Positions 20,170 to 30,602 of a DNA stretch of 64,000 nucleotides are shown here, one piece after another. The translations under genes were made by a program, and so were the position numbers. Every line of letters begins with the position of its first letter. Position 1 is the stretch's first letter. Origin of the DNA: an uncultured Actinomycetes bacterium (lineage in GTDB: Bacteria; Actinomycetota; Acidimicrobiia; IMCC26256; DASPTH01); NCBI GenBank assembly GCA_963720765.1, contig CAVRGS010000013.1:342071-406070 (forward strand). The letters are read 5' to 3'. Under the pieces are notes generated by a model that ran no database searches, was not told the origin of the DNA, and saw only the letters and a program-made list of their open reading frames with translations.

Positions 20170-21095
20170 CGCCCGAACGCGTCGGAGTCGGAACGCGGCG
20201 AGCCAACCCGGGAGTGGGATCCCCGCGTCGGTCGAGCTGCTGAGCGAGCCGCTCGTTCGGCTCCTCGGTATCGGGACGCGAGCTCGGCGCGCACGGAGTC
20301 GGGGACATGTTCCTCGGCGGGACGGCCGTTGAGCCGGTAGTAGAACGCGCGCAGCTTGCGCTTGGCGTCGGGGTGGCGGCGCAGCACGCGCTCGAGCTTG
20401 TCGTTGCCCGCGAGGGCGACGCGCTGGAAGCTCTCGCTCTTGAACCCGGTGGTGCGGTTCTCGGAGCTGAGCGCGTCGGCCGGGAACCCTGCGGGATCGA
20501 GGCCGAGCCACGCCGCGGTCTCGTGGAGCGTGCCGACCTGGTCGCCGACGAGCCGATCGAAGTCGACGACGCGCACGTGGTCGGTACCGAGCACCTCGAG
20601 CCATCCAGGGAGGAACTCGGCGTAGCACCCCCCTCGGAACGCCATGTACTTCTCGTTGTCGGGATCCTGGAAGTCGGCGGGCGTGAGGGCGTCGGCCGCG
20701 GTCAGGTACTCGGTGATGGGGTAGTCGGCGGGGAAGCGCAACCGGATCTTCTGGTAGCTGAAGAACGACAGCGCGCGACTCACCGGCTCGCGGAGCACGA
20801 CGAGCGCGCGTGGATCGACCAGGCGTGCCTGCATCGCTTCGGCGACCGCCGCGCTCCCGTAGAAGTACGAAGGCGTCGCTTCCAGGTGCACGGGCCGGTC
20901 GCCGGCGTCGGCGAAGTAGGCATCCCACTCCGCGGCGGGCGGCAAGGCCTCTCCGTAGCGCGCCGGCAGGAAGAACCGAGTTTCCTTGATCGACGACGGC
21001 GCGACGTCAGGATGCGTCGACAGCGACACGAACAGCGAGGTCGTGCCGGCTTTGTTGACTCCGGCGATGATGGCATCGGTGCGGCCGCGCGCCAA
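20139..21095 (-). CDS. Sulfotransferase family protein; C-terminus probably affected by an indel
   Basis: It has the PAPS-binding 5-prime-PSB-like motif [13 protein letters not shown], plus ..[14 protein letters not shown]... Near 20280 the adjacent frame reads more naturally (..[17 protein letters not shown]..) and would stop at 20153. Confidence 0.7.
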   Translation of the reverse strand: MARGRTDAIIAGVNKAGTTSLFVSLSTHPDVAPSSIKETRFFLPARYGEALPPAAEWDAYFADAGDRPVHLEATPSYFYGSAAVAEAMQARLVDPRALVVLREPVSRALSFFSYQKIRLRFPADYPITEYLTAADALTPADFQDPDNEKYMAFRGGCYAEFLPGWLEVLGTDHVRVVDFDRLVGDQVGTLHETAAWLGLDPAGFPADALSSENRTTGFKSESFQRVALAGNDKLERVLRRHPDAKRKLRAFYYRLNGRPAEEHVPDSVRAELASRYRGAERAARSAARPTRGSHSRVGSPRSDSDAFGRQPGRMIAPL

Positions 21096-21265
21096 GGGTG
21101 GAAACCTCCGACGGAGAGGCTGACTGCCCGACCACCCTAGGCAGCGAACCTGAGGGGGCGATGAGCAGCGTGTTCGGGCTCGGTTCGGAGCGCGTGAACG
21201 AACCGGGTGGGCGTCAAGGATGCACGACGCGCGCGCGTGTGCGAGCTAGCGTCCCCGTTGCCTTG

Positions 21266-22549
21266 ATGACCAGCACCGTCTACGTCGTCGACACCTCCGT
21301 CCTCCTCGCCGATCCGTTGGCGGTCACGCGCTTCGCCGAACACGAGGTCGTGCTCCCGCTGGTGGTCCTCACCGAGCTCGAGGGCAAGCGCCATCACCCG
21401 GAGCTGGGTTGGGCGGCGCGCCAGAGCCTGCGCTTCCTCGAGGAGCTGCGCACCCGGCACGGGTCGCTGCTCGAGCCGATGTCGGTCAACGACGAGGGTG
21501 GGACGCTTCGGGTCGAGCTCAACCACCAGGAGCTCGAGGCGCTGCCCGCGCCGCTCACGTCGCCGGCCAACGACCACCGGATCCTCGCGGTGGCGGTGAG
21601 CCTGGAGCGCGAGGGGAGGAACGTGGTCGTCGTCACCAAGGATCTCCCCCTGCGCCTCAAGGCCGGCGTCGTCGGCCTCGAGGCCGACGAGTACCGCAAC
21701 GAGCTCGCCACCGACTCCGGCTGGACCGGCTTCGTGGAGCTCGACGTGTGGAGCTCGGTGATCGACGACCTCTACGAGGAGAAGATCGTCGATCTCGAAG
21801 CGGCACGTGAGCTCCCGTGCCACACGGGGGTCGCGCTGCATTCGGGTTCGCAGTCCGCGCTCGCACGCGTGCACCCCGACAAGCGACTGCACCTCGTGCG
21901 CGCCGACCAGTCGATGTTCGACCTCCGCGGCCGCTCCGCCGAGCAGCACATCGCGATCGACGTGTTGCTCGACGACCAGGTCGGCATCGTGAGCCTCGGT
22001 GGGAGCGCAGGCACGGGCAAGAGCGTGCTCGCGCTGGCGGCCGGTCTCGAAGCGGTGCTGGAGCGACGGACGCACCAGCGCGTCGTGGTGTTCCGTCCCA
22101 TCTATGCGGTCGGTGGACAGGACCTCGGCTACCTGCCCGGATCCGAGAGCGAGAAGATGTCGCCGTGGGCCGGCGCCGTCACCGATGCGCTGGAGTCGAT
22201 GGTCGGTCGCGAGGTGATCGACGAGGTCATCGGCCGCGGCCTGCTCGAAGTGCTCCCGCTCACGCACATCCGCGGACGCAGCCTCACCGACAGCCTCGTG
22301 GTGATCGACGAGGCGCAGAACCTCGAGCGTTCGGTGCTGCTCACGGCGCTGAGCCGGCTCGGCCGCGGGAGTCGGGTCGTGCTGACCCACGACGTCGCGC
22401 AGCGCGACAACCTGCGCGTCGGACGTCACGACGGTGTCGTGAGCGTGATCGAGACGCTGAAGGGTCATCCGCTCTTCGCGCACGTGACCCTGACGCGATC
22501 GGAGCGGTCAGCCATCGCCGCCCTGGTCACTCAGGTGCTCGACGGCTGA
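21266..22549 (+). CDS. PhoH2-type protein (N-terminal PIN domain + PhoH-like ATPase)
   Basis: Intact. The PIN-like start is [14 protein letters not shown]...LTELEG. The Walker A is GSAGTGKS, followed by the PhoH-like ..VVIDEAQNL.. region. The ATG at 21266 was chosen over the in-frame upstream ATG at 21098. Confidence 0.85.
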   Translation: MTSTVYVVDTSVLLADPLAVTRFAEHEVVLPLVVLTELEGKRHHPELGWAARQSLRFLEELRTRHGSLLEPMSVNDEGGTLRVELNHQELEALPAPLTSPANDHRILAVAVSLEREGRNVVVVTKDLPLRLKAGVVGLEADEYRNELATDSGWTGFVELDVWSSVIDDLYEEKIVDLEAARELPCHTGVALHSGSQSALARVHPDKRLHLVRADQSMFDLRGRSAEQHIAIDVLLDDQVGIVSLGGSAGTGKSVLALAAGLEAVLERRTHQRVVVFRPIYAVGGQDLGYLPGSESEKMSPWAGAVTDALESMVGREVIDEVIGRGLLEVLPLTHIRGRSLTDSLVVIDEAQNLERSVLLTALSRLGRGSRVVLTHDVAQRDNLRVGRHDGVVSVIETLKGHPLFAHVTLTRSERSAIAALVTQVLDG

Positions 22550-22574
22550 GGGACGCGCCCCGCTCGCTACGCCC

Positions 22575-22609
22575 CGGGCGAGGAGCCGGCTTCGCCGGTC
22601 CCTCGCCCG
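22575..22609. terminator. GC-rich stem-loop between convergent genes
   Basis: CGGGCGAGG..CCGG-CTTCG-CCGG..CCTCGCCCG gives about 14 bp of stem. It is nested inside a second 10-bp inverted repeat (22556-22565 / 22631-22640). Confidence 0.45.
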
Positions 22610-22653
22610 TCGGGACGGAGCGAACGGAGTGAGCGGGGCGGAGTCGAGGAGGT

Positions 22654-23481
22654 TCAGCTGGACTGAGCCTGCGAACGGCTCGTGAGCGTGACGTCCACCG
22701 TGGTCGACTGGCCGTTGCGGGTGTAGGCGACACTGATCTTGTCGCCGCTGGACTTGGCCTGGACGGCGGCGCGCACGGCGTCGGGAGCGGTGACGTCCTT
22801 GCCGTCGATCGAGGTGATCACGTCGCCTTGCTGCAAGCCGGCCTTGGCGGCGGGGCTGTTGGCGGCAACTTGGGTGATCTCGACGCCCGTGCCGTCGGTC
22901 GATGCCTGCACGCCGACGCCGAGGAACCCGGCGTCGCTGGCGGTCGTGCCGTCTCCGTTCGAGTTGCCCGTGCCGCCCTGGTTGCCGTTCCCGCCGGGGA
23001 GCTGCCCACCGTTGGGAAGCTGTCCGCCGTTGGGGAGCTCACGGTTGCCGGGGAACTGGCCGCCGCCCGGCAACTGCTGGGTGCCGTTGCCGTTCCCGTT
23101 CGGGAACGCGCTGCTGGCGTTCTGGGTGGAGCCGGACCCCGAGGAATCACCGATCGCATAGCCGATGCCACCGAAGACCAGCGCGGCCACGATCGCGGCA
23201 GCCGCGAGGCCGACCCACTTCGGGATGAAGATCCCCGACGGACGATCGTTCGTCGCGACGGCCGCGGGTGCCGCGGCGACGGGCGCCGCGGCAGGAGCTG
23301 CCTGCGTCGGGGCCTCCGCGGGAGGTACCTGGGCGGCAGCCGGCGCAGGTGCGACGTCGTCCTCGTCGCCGCTCTGCGCGACGGCGTCGTCGTAGGTGAA
23401 GGGCTTGGTTTCCGCAGTGGGGGTCTCCTCGGGTGCCGCCGGTGACGGCTCGCCCTCGGGTTGCGGTGTCTCGTCGGTCAT
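22654..23481 (-). CDS. Membrane-anchored PDZ domain protein with low-complexity linkers
   Basis: Intact 275-aa ORF. It has an acidic/Pro-Ala N-terminus, one TM (WVGLAAAAIVAALVFGGIGYAIG) and a G/N/Q-rich linker. The C-terminal PDZ reads GFLGVGV...AAKAGLQQGDVITSIDGKDV. Confidence 0.8.
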   Translation of the reverse strand: MTDETPQPEGEPSPAAPEETPTAETKPFTYDDAVAQSGDEDDVAPAPAAAQVPPAEAPTQAAPAAAPVAAAPAAVATNDRPSGIFIPKWVGLAAAAIVAALVFGGIGYAIGDSSGSGSTQNASSAFPNGNGNGTQQLPGGGQFPGNRELPNGGQLPNGGQLPGGNGNQGGTGNSNGDGTTASDAGFLGVGVQASTDGTGVEITQVAANSPAAKAGLQQGDVITSIDGKDVTAPDAVRAAVQAKSSGDKISVAYTRNGQSTTVDVTLTSRSQAQSS

Positions 23482-23628
23482 GGTCTGGATCCTCCCGGGG
23501 GTCGACTCTCCCGACGCTCATGGTGGTGGGGCGGTGCTGAGAGGTCCCTGAGCGTCGGCCAAGCGACTGCGAGGGCGTGCTGCGGTTACGTTGGCGACGA
23601 TGGAGATGCAGCGGAATCGACGGTGCTG

Positions 23629-24418
23629 ATGACCGTCGACCTCGGGCTCCAAGGGAAGCGGGCGCTCGTCACCGGCGCCGGCGATCGGCATCGGACGGGG
23701 GATCGCTCGCTGGTTGGCGGCCGCCGGTTGCGACGTCGTCCTCGCCGACAAGGACGCCGCGAGCTTGGCCGAGGCGGCGGCCGAGGTCGGCGCCGAAGGC
23801 ACCCGCGTGGTCGCCGCGACCGCCGACCTGCGCGACCCGGACGAGGTGCGAGCTCTCGTCGCGCGTGTCGTCGACGACCTCGGTGGCCTCGACGTCGCGG
23901 TCAACAACGTGGGTTCGCTCGCCGGGCGCATGCCGGCGGCGTTCGTCGAGCTCGACGACGACGCGCTGCGCGACGTGGTCGAGCAGAACCTGTTCGTCAC
24001 CATGTGGTCGTGCCACGCCGAAGCGCGAGCGATGCTCGCTGCCGGCACGCAGGGCGTGATCATCAACGTCACCTCGGGGGAGACGACCCGTCCGTCGCCG
24101 CGCATGGCGCACTACGGCGCGGCCAAGGCCGCCATCAACCACCTCACCGAGACGCTCGCGGTCGAGCTCGCACCGCGCGGCATCCGCGTGCTCGCGGTCG
24201 CGCCCGGCACCACGCTCACCCCGGTGGTCGCGGCCGCGCTCTCCGACGAGCAGGTCGCGGCGCTGGTCGACGCGCACCCGCTCGGTCGGCTGGGCGAACC
24301 CGACGATCTCGGCCGGCTCGTGGTCGCGCTGGCGTCCGACCTCGGTCGCAGCGTCACCGGCCAGGTCGTGTTCGGCGACAACGGAGCCCAGCTCTCGCGG
24401 AACCGGCCGGCACTCTGA
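23629..24418 (+). CDS. SDR family oxidoreductase, frame broken once (~23683)
   Basis: The ATG at 23629 gives MTVDLGLQGKRALVTGAG. After removal of one base in GGCGATCGGC this continues as ..DGIGRGIARWLAAAGCDVVLAD.. in frame 23714..24418. The product also has NNVG and YGAAKAAINHL. Confidence 0.8.
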
Positions 24419-24473
24419 GCCGCCGGCGCGGAAGGCTGCGCAGCCGGGCACGTCGCCTCCCGATCTCGCTAGG

Positions 24474-25079
24474 GTGCCGGACGTGATCGTGGTCATCGCA
24501 GCATTGAAGGGCGGGGTGGGCAAGACCACCACCGCGGTGTACCTCTCAGCCGTCTCGGGGGGCGGGAAGCGGTCGGTCACGCTCGTCGACAGCGATCCCC
24601 AGGGGAGTGCGGCCGACTGGCTCGAGCACGGGGCGGACGAGGTCTTCGAGTCGATCGACGTGGTCGAGGCGCCGACCGAGCGGCTCCTGGTGAGGACCCT
24701 CGACCGGATCGAGGGCGAAGACGTGGCGGTGGTCGACACCCCTCCGGGTCACGAACGGCTGCTGGCCAAGGCCCTGGAACGGGCCGACGTCGTGGTGATC
24801 CCCACCCGCGTCGGTGGCGTCGAGACCGCCCGGGTCGAGGCCGTCCTCGACATGGTCCCCAAGCGACTCCCGGCGGGCCTGGTGTTCTCCTCCGCCCGGA
24901 CCTTCACCCGCGACTACCAGGAGACCATCGCCATGTGGCAGGAGGCGGGCGTCCCCGTGTGGGGCACGATCCCCGAGCGGGTCGGCATCGCCACCGGCCC
25001 CGACGGCTGGCTCTCGGCCGAGGGGCTCGAGCTGTACGGCGACGTGTGGCGGCGGGCCCGACGCGCAACACGGTCGTAA
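24474..25079 (+). CDS. Small ParA/MinD-like P-loop ATPase (orphan)
   Basis: Deviant Walker A KGGVGKTT and ..VDSDPQGS..; 201 aa. No ParB-like gene is adjacent. Confidence 0.8.
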   Translation: MPDVIVVIAALKGGVGKTTTAVYLSAVSGGGKRSVTLVDSDPQGSAADWLEHGADEVFESIDVVEAPTERLLVRTLDRIEGEDVAVVDTPPGHERLLAKALERADVVVIPTRVGGVETARVEAVLDMVPKRLPAGLVFSSARTFTRDYQETIAMWQEAGVPVWGTIPERVGIATGPDGWLSAEGLELYGDVWRRARRATRS

Positions 25080-25125
25080 CGCGCCTGACGGGTTCGGGTT
25101 GCCCGGGCGGGGGTACTCTTGACCC

Positions 25126-25389
25126 ATGGATGTAGGACCTGTCGAACTGTTGATCGTCCTCGCCGTGGTGCTCCTGCTCTTCGGCTCGAAGAAGCTGCCG
25201 GAGCTGGCGAAGGGGATGGGTCAGGCCGCCAAGGAGTTCCGCAGCGGACTCCACGACGAGCCCGAGCCGACCCCCGAACCGAAGCCCGTCGACACGAAGG
25301 CCGTCCAGACCGCGGCCTCCGAGCCGAAGGTCGTCGAGGCCACGACGATCGAAGCGCCCTCCGAGGCGACGCCGAACCCGCTGACCTGA
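25126..25389 (+). CDS. tatA: Twin-arginine translocase subunit TatA/E
   Basis: [41 protein letters not shown] is the TatA TM plus amphipathic helix signature. The tail is acidic and Pro-rich. Confidence 0.9.
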   Translation: MDVGPVELLIVLAVVLLLFGSKKLPELAKGMGQAAKEFRSGLHDEPEPTPEPKPVDTKAVQTAASEPKVVEATTIEAPSEATPNPLT

Positions 25390-25402
25390 TCGCCTCCGGG
25401 CG

Positions 25403-26031
25403 TCAGACGATCCGCCGATACATCGCCTGCGCGGCGTCGCTGTTGTAGGCGGTCCCGACGCGGTCGATCAGCTTCAGCCACTCGGGGTCGCCCATCAGGG
25501 CGGCCTCACCGCGTTCGACGGTGTCGATGTCGGGTGCCGCGGTCAACCACGCGCAGCCGCCGTAGGCACCGGTCGAATTGACGACGAAGAGCGTCGTCTG
25601 GCCGGACAGGCGCGTCGCGTGGTCGGCGATCTCGATGCCCGACGTGATGGCGTCGCTCAGGCGCCCCGGCGCGGCGACCGCGCTGGCGACGGTGACGTAG
25701 CCCGCGTTGGTCGTCGGGGTCGAGCTCGCCGTGCACCAGCGTCGCCAGGCTGTCGACGACCGGACCCTCGCCGAACGCCTCGCCGGCTGCCACCGACTCG
25801 AGGTACTCGGGAGAGGCCATGAGCTTGTCGCTCGCCTGCTCCAGCTCGCTGAGGTGCTCCGCCCACATCGACCAGACGACGAGGCCGGCATCGGGCGAGA
25901 GCACCGAGCCCCATGCGTCGACCTGGTGTCCGGTGATGGTGCGCACCTGTCTCGGTGACGCCGACCGACCACGCGAGTGCGCCGGCGAGATCACCGGCAC
26001 CCATCCGACGACTCCGTGTGAAGAGATACAT
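25403..26031 (-). CDS. Hypothetical protein (~209 aa), frame broken twice
   Basis: The ATG at 26031 gives MYLFTRSRRMGAGDLAGALAWSVGVTE. It continues in frame 25506..26237 (QVRTITGHQVDAWGSVLSPDAGLVVWSMWAEHLSELEQASDKLMASPEYL..). It ends in frame 25403..25972 (..TLFVVNSTGAYGGCAWLTAAPDIDTVERGEAALMGDPEWLKLID..). No family assigned. Confidence 0.55.
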
Positions 26032-26115
26032 GCGCTTCCCCCCGTTCGTCCGATTTGCTCGACGAGAAGTCTCGCCCCCGGGAACCGGCTTGGCAAGGGC
26101 CGTATCCTCGCTGCC

Positions 26116-28065
26116 ATGTCCGAGCTCGACCACAACCCGCACGCCGGTCGTCCGTTCACCGACGACGACGCCACCATCGCCGCCATCGTCGAGGACCTCA
26201 GCGTTCCTGCGCTGCTGTGCTCGATGGTGCACATCACCGGCGACCCGCAAGTGGATCCGGAGCGAGCTGCGGCCGCGCTCGTCGATGCTGAACGACTACA
26301 CGGGCGGCATGACCGAGGAGGAACAGGCGGCAGCGCGCGGGTGGGCGCTGCCGGCGATCCTCGAGTTCCGCGACGGCGGCTGCGTGCTCCCGCCCGCGCC
26401 GTCCGACGACGTCATGCGCGAGATGATGGCGTTCCTCGCGACCGCACCGCTCGACGACGACGTCGTGCCGATGTTCCTCGAGGACCTCCACCTCGACGGC
26501 GCCGACGCACGCGCGATCACGTGGGCCGACGAGATCTCCGACGAAGTGCGCGCCGATGCGCACGTCGTGGTCATCGGATGTGGTGAGTCGGGTCTGCTCG
26601 CGGCGCTGCGTCTCGCGCAGGCGAAGCTGCCGTTCACGGTCATCGAGAAGAACGGTGGCCCGGGCGGCACGTGGTGGGAGAACCGCTACCCGGGCGCGCG
26701 CGTCGACATCGGCAGCCACTTCTACTGCTACTCGTTCGAGCCCGCCGACCACTGGACCGAGTACTTCTCGCAGCACCCCGAGCTGCGCGCGTACTTCCGC
26801 CGCGTGCTCGAGGCACACGACCTCGAACCGCACTGCCGGTGGAACACCCGCGTCGACACCATGACCTACGACGAGGCGACCGGCCGCTGGGCGGTCGAGG
26901 TCACCAACCCCGACGGCAGCACCGAGACCATCGACGCGCGCGCCGTCATCAGCGCGGTCGGGTCACTCAACTCGCCGCGCATGCCCGACATCCCGGGCAT
27001 GGACGACTTCGAGGGTCCGTCGTTCCACTCGGCGCGTTGGGACCACTCGGTGGAGTACGCAGGCAAGAACTTCGCGCTGATCGGCGCGGGCGCGAGCGGC
27101 TTCCAGATCGCGCCGACCATCGCCGACGACGTCGAGCAGCTCACCGTGTACCAGCGCACCGCGCAGTGGGTGTTCCCGAACCCCAACTACCACCGGGCAG
27201 TGCCCGACGGCGAGCGCTGGGCGATCCGACACCTGCCGTTCTTCGGGCGATGGTTCCGCTTCCTCACGTTCTATCCGGGCGCGGGGTTGTCGGTGGACCG
27301 CAACCGGATCGACCCGGAGTGGGACGACGGCGGCCATTCGGTGAGCGCGGGCAACGCGGCGACGCGCGAGTTGTTCGCCGCGCTCGATGCTCGCGCAGCT
27401 CGGCGACGACGACGAGCTCGCGGCGAAGGTCATGCCCGACTACCCGCCGACGGCGAAGCGCATGCTGCAGGACAACGGCTCGTGGCTCGCGTGCCTGCGC
27501 AAGGACAACGTCGAGCTCGTGCGCACCGGCATCGAGCGGATCGTCGCCGACGGTGTGATCACCGTCGACGGCACGTTCCGACCGGCCGACATCATCTGCT
27601 ACGCCACCGGCTTCCGTCACAACGACTTCCTCTGGCCGATGCACATCGTCGGTCGCGGCGGTCGCGGTGCTGCGCGAGGAGTGGGGGATCGAGCCCGCGG
27701 CGTACCTGGGCATCACGATCAAGCAGTTCCCCAACCTGTTCTGCCTCTACGGCCCGGGCACGAACCTCGCGCACGGCGCGAGCCTCATCTACCAGTCGGA
27801 GAACCAGGTCGACTACGTGATGCAGGCACTCCACGAGTTGCTCACGTCGGGGCACCGCGCGATGGAGCCGCGTCCCGAAGTGCAGGACGACTACACCGCT
27901 CGGTACTCGAGCGAGATCTCGCAGATGGTGTGGGCGCACGAATCGGTGAAGCACTCCCACTTCAAGAACCCCGAAGGGAAGATCTTCACCATCTCGCCGT
28001 GGCCCATCCCCACCTACTGGGCGTGGACGAAGACCTTCGAGCCGAAGGACTACGTCTGGGCGTGA
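26116..28065 (+). CDS. Flavin-dependent (Baeyer-Villiger/FMO-type) monooxygenase, frame broken 3 times
   Basis: The FAD motif is VVVIGCGESGLLAA. It also has GGTWWENRYPGARVDIGSHFY, the second dinucleotide motif ALIGAGASGFQ, and C-terminal ..LYGPGTNLAHG... The pieces are 25819.., 25955..27820, 27387.. and 27667..28065. Breaks lie near 26255 (CCC run), 27385 and 27660. Confidence 0.8.
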
Positions 28066-28073
28066 CGAGGAGC

Positions 28074-28376
28074 TCAGCCTCCCGACTGGTGTGCGATCAG
28101 CTCGATCCAGGTCACGCCGACCGGAGGGTTGTTCACTCCGCCCTGGGCCAGCGCCTCACCGAGACGCCCCTCCATGAACCGGGCCTGGTGCTCGGGGGTG
28201 TCCCAGACCTCCATCACCACGAAACGGCCGTCCTCGCGATGTCCCGCCGAATGGCTCAGCATCCCGTCAGGCCAGTCGCCGGCCCCGGTGGCGAAATCAA
28301 TCCCGAGGGCGGCGTTCACCGCGTCGTACTCCTTCTGACCGATGCCCTCGAACTCCAGGATCAGTGCGGCCGCCAT
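28074..28376 (-). CDS. Small conserved-looking protein (100 aa), possibly ABM/dimeric alpha-beta-barrel-like
   Basis: Intact ORF MAAALILEFEGIGQKEYDAVNAALGIDF...FVVMEVWDTPEHQARFMEGRLGEAL. The composition is coding-like. The family call is tentative. Confidence 0.55.
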   Translation of the reverse strand: MAAALILEFEGIGQKEYDAVNAALGIDFATGAGDWPDGMLSHSAGHREDGRFVVMEVWDTPEHQARFMEGRLGEALAQGGVNNPPVGVTWIELIAHQSGG

Positions 28377-28448
28377 GTCGGCTCCCCTCGTCGTCGCGAG
28401 ACCCGATCCTGACAGGTCAGCGGCCCGCGTGCTCGTGGATCAGCGGCG

Positions 28449-29306
28449 TCAGAGGGTCGTCGGGCGATTGGTGAAGCGCCGTGCCGACGGAGACCAGAAC
28501 CACCCGCCTCCGGTCTTGGTGCCGCCGTCGACCGGGATGTTGTGGCCGGTCACGTACGCCGACATGTCGGACGCGAGGAACAGCGCGACGCGCGCCTGGT
28601 CCTCGGGCCAGCCGAGCCGTCCGACCGGCGCCCACGACTCCCACATGTGGTCGTGTTCGCTCACCGGCGCAGTAGTCGACCTGCGGGCGTCTGCGTGAGG
28701 TCGGGACCGATGCCGTTGACGCGGATGCCGTTGCGTCCCTGTTCGGCGGCGAGGCACGTGGTGAAGTGCGCAACCGCGCCCTTCATCGCGCCATACACGG
28801 GTTCGCCCGGATACCCGCGCATGCCTTCGACGGAGTGGAAGTTGACGATCGACCCGCCACCGCTGTCGATCATCGGTTGCAGGAACGCGCGCGTCACGGA
28901 GAAGAAGTGGCGGAGATTGATCTGGTACATCTCGTCCCACGACTCTGGCGTCGACTTCGCGAAGCGCACGAGCGGACGAAAGTCGCCGACGTTGTTGACG
29001 AGCACGTCGACGCGCCCGTCGTGCGCGTTGGTGACCGCATCGGCGAAGGCGGCGACCTGGTCGTCGTCGCGCACGTCGACGACGAGCGCGCGTGCGGTGC
29101 CACCCAACGCCCTCGATCTCGGCCTGCTTGGCCGCGGCGCGCTCGGGGTCGATCTCGGCGATCTCGACTCGGGCACCGTGCTCGGCGAACAGGCGCGAGA
29201 TGGCGCCGCCGATGCCGTCGCCACCACCGGTGACGACGGCGACCTTGCCCTCGAGCAGGCGTTGGTAGTCGGGGATCGCGGGGACGTCGGTGGGTTCCTG
29301 GGCCAT
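28449..29306 (-). CDS. SDR family oxidoreductase, frame broken about 3 times
   Basis: The ATG at 29306 gives MAQEPTD..LEGKVAVVTGGGDGIGGAI. The middle lies in frame 28661..29227 (VNNVG, YGAMKGAVAHF). A short stretch lies in frame 28417..28773. The end is back in frame 28449.. (..LFLASDMSAYVTGHNIPVDGG..). Confidence 0.75.
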   Translation of the reverse strand: MAQEPTDVPAIPDYQRLLEGKVAVVTGGGDGIGGAISRLFAEHGARVEIAEIDPERAAAKQAEIEGVGWHRTRARRRRARRRPGRRLRRCGHQRARRARRRARQQRRRLSSARALREVDARVVGRDVPDQSPPLLLRDARVPATDDRQRWRVDRQLPLRRRHARVSGRTRVWRDEGRGCALHHVPRRRTGTQRHPRQRHRSRPHADARRSTTAPVSEHDHMWESWAPVGRLGWPEDQARVALFLASDMSAYVTGHNIPVDGGTKTGGGWFWSPSARRFTNRPTTL

Positions 29307-29342
29307 GGCCCGCACGCTACCCAAGCTGTCTACATTTGGCAG

Positions 29343-30530
29343 ATGACCGACGTGTACTGGGATCCGTTCGACACCGACATCGACACCGACCCGTACGACA
29401 CGTGGCGGCGCATGCGCGACGAGGCGCCGCTGTATCGCAACGACGAGTACGACTTCTTCGCCCTCAGTCGCTTCGCCGACGTCGAAGCCGCGCACCGCGA
29501 CCCCCGCACGTACTGCTCGAGCCACGGGACCGTGCTCGAGCTCATGGGGCCGCAAGCGTTCGAGACCGGGCAGATGATCTTCATGGACCCGCCCGACCAC
29601 ACGCGGTTGCGCACGCTGGTCTCGCGCGCGTTCACGCCGCGGCGCGTCGACGCGCTCGAGGACCGCATCCGCGAGCTGTCGTGCGACTTCCTCGACCGGC
29701 TCGCTGATCGTGACTCGTTCGACTACGTGCAGGACTTCGCGGTCTACCTCCCGTCGATGGTCATCTCGTCGTTGCTCGGGGTTCCGCTGCAGGACCAGGA
29801 GATGTTGCGCAAGCTCATCGACCAGGTCTTCCACATCGAGCCCGGCGTCGGCATGGTCAACGACGTGTCGCTCACCGCGCAGATCGAGATCAACGCCTAC
29901 ATCCGGTCACAGCTCGAAGAGGTGTTGCAGCACCCGCGCGACGACATGCTCACCGACCTGAGCGTCGCCGAGATCACCGATGACCTCGGCGTCACCCGGC
30001 GACTCACCATCGCGCAGGGTGCCGACTTCGCCAACCTGCTCATCAGCGCGGGTACCGAGACGGTGGCGAGGTTGCTCGGGTGGGCGTCGGTCGTGCTCGA
30101 AGCGCACCCCGACCAGCGCGCCGAGCTCGCGGCGGACGCTTCGCTGCTGCCGAACGCGGTCGAGGAGCTGCTGCGATTCGAGGCGCCGTCGCCAGTGCAG
30201 GGTCGTTGGACCACCGCCGACGTGGCACTGCACGGCGAGACGGTGCCTGCCGGGTCGAAGGTGCTGTTGCTCACCGGGTCGGCGGGCCGGGACGAACGCG
30301 CGTTCGCCGATGCCGACTGCTTCGACATCCACCGCGACTTCGACCTCCACGTCTCGTTCGGGTACGGCATCCACTTCTGCCTGGGCGCGGCACTGGCCCG
30401 CATGGAGGGCCGCATCGGTCTCGAGGAGACGCTCCGCCGCTTCCCGGAGTGGGAGGTCGACCACGAGCACCTCGTGCGGTTGCACACGAGCACCGTGCGC
30501 GGGTTCGCGCAGGTGCCGATCCGCGTCTGA
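29343..30530 (+). CDS. Cytochrome P450
   Basis: Intact from the ATG at 29343. It has the I-helix AGTETV, the EELLRFEAP (ExxR) motif and the heme loop FGYGIHFCLGAALA. Confidence 0.9.
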   Translation: MTDVYWDPFDTDIDTDPYDTWRRMRDEAPLYRNDEYDFFALSRFADVEAAHRDPRTYCSSHGTVLELMGPQAFETGQMIFMDPPDHTRLRTLVSRAFTPRRVDALEDRIRELSCDFLDRLADRDSFDYVQDFAVYLPSMVISSLLGVPLQDQEMLRKLIDQVFHIEPGVGMVNDVSLTAQIEINAYIRSQLEEVLQHPRDDMLTDLSVAEITDDLGVTRRLTIAQGADFANLLISAGTETVARLLGWASVVLEAHPDQRAELAADASLLPNAVEELLRFEAPSPVQGRWTTADVALHGETVPAGSKVLLLTGSAGRDERAFADADCFDIHRDFDLHVSFGYGIHFCLGAALARMEGRIGLEETLRRFPEWEVDHEHLVRLHTSTVRGFAQVPIRV

Positions 30531-30602
30531 ACCCCGGGCGTCGTTTCCCCGTCCCGCCGAGCGGGAACCCTCGCAGGTGCGGGCAGAGGATGTGAGGTGA
30601 AG

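Noticed and set aside
21098-21265. An upstream antitoxin-like small ORF (the phoAT type described for mycobacterial PhoH2) in front of phoH2.
   Set aside because: The only open frame there is the in-frame 5-prime extension of phoH2 itself ([10 protein letters not shown]...), which has no convincing protein character. The other frames hold only very short ORFs.
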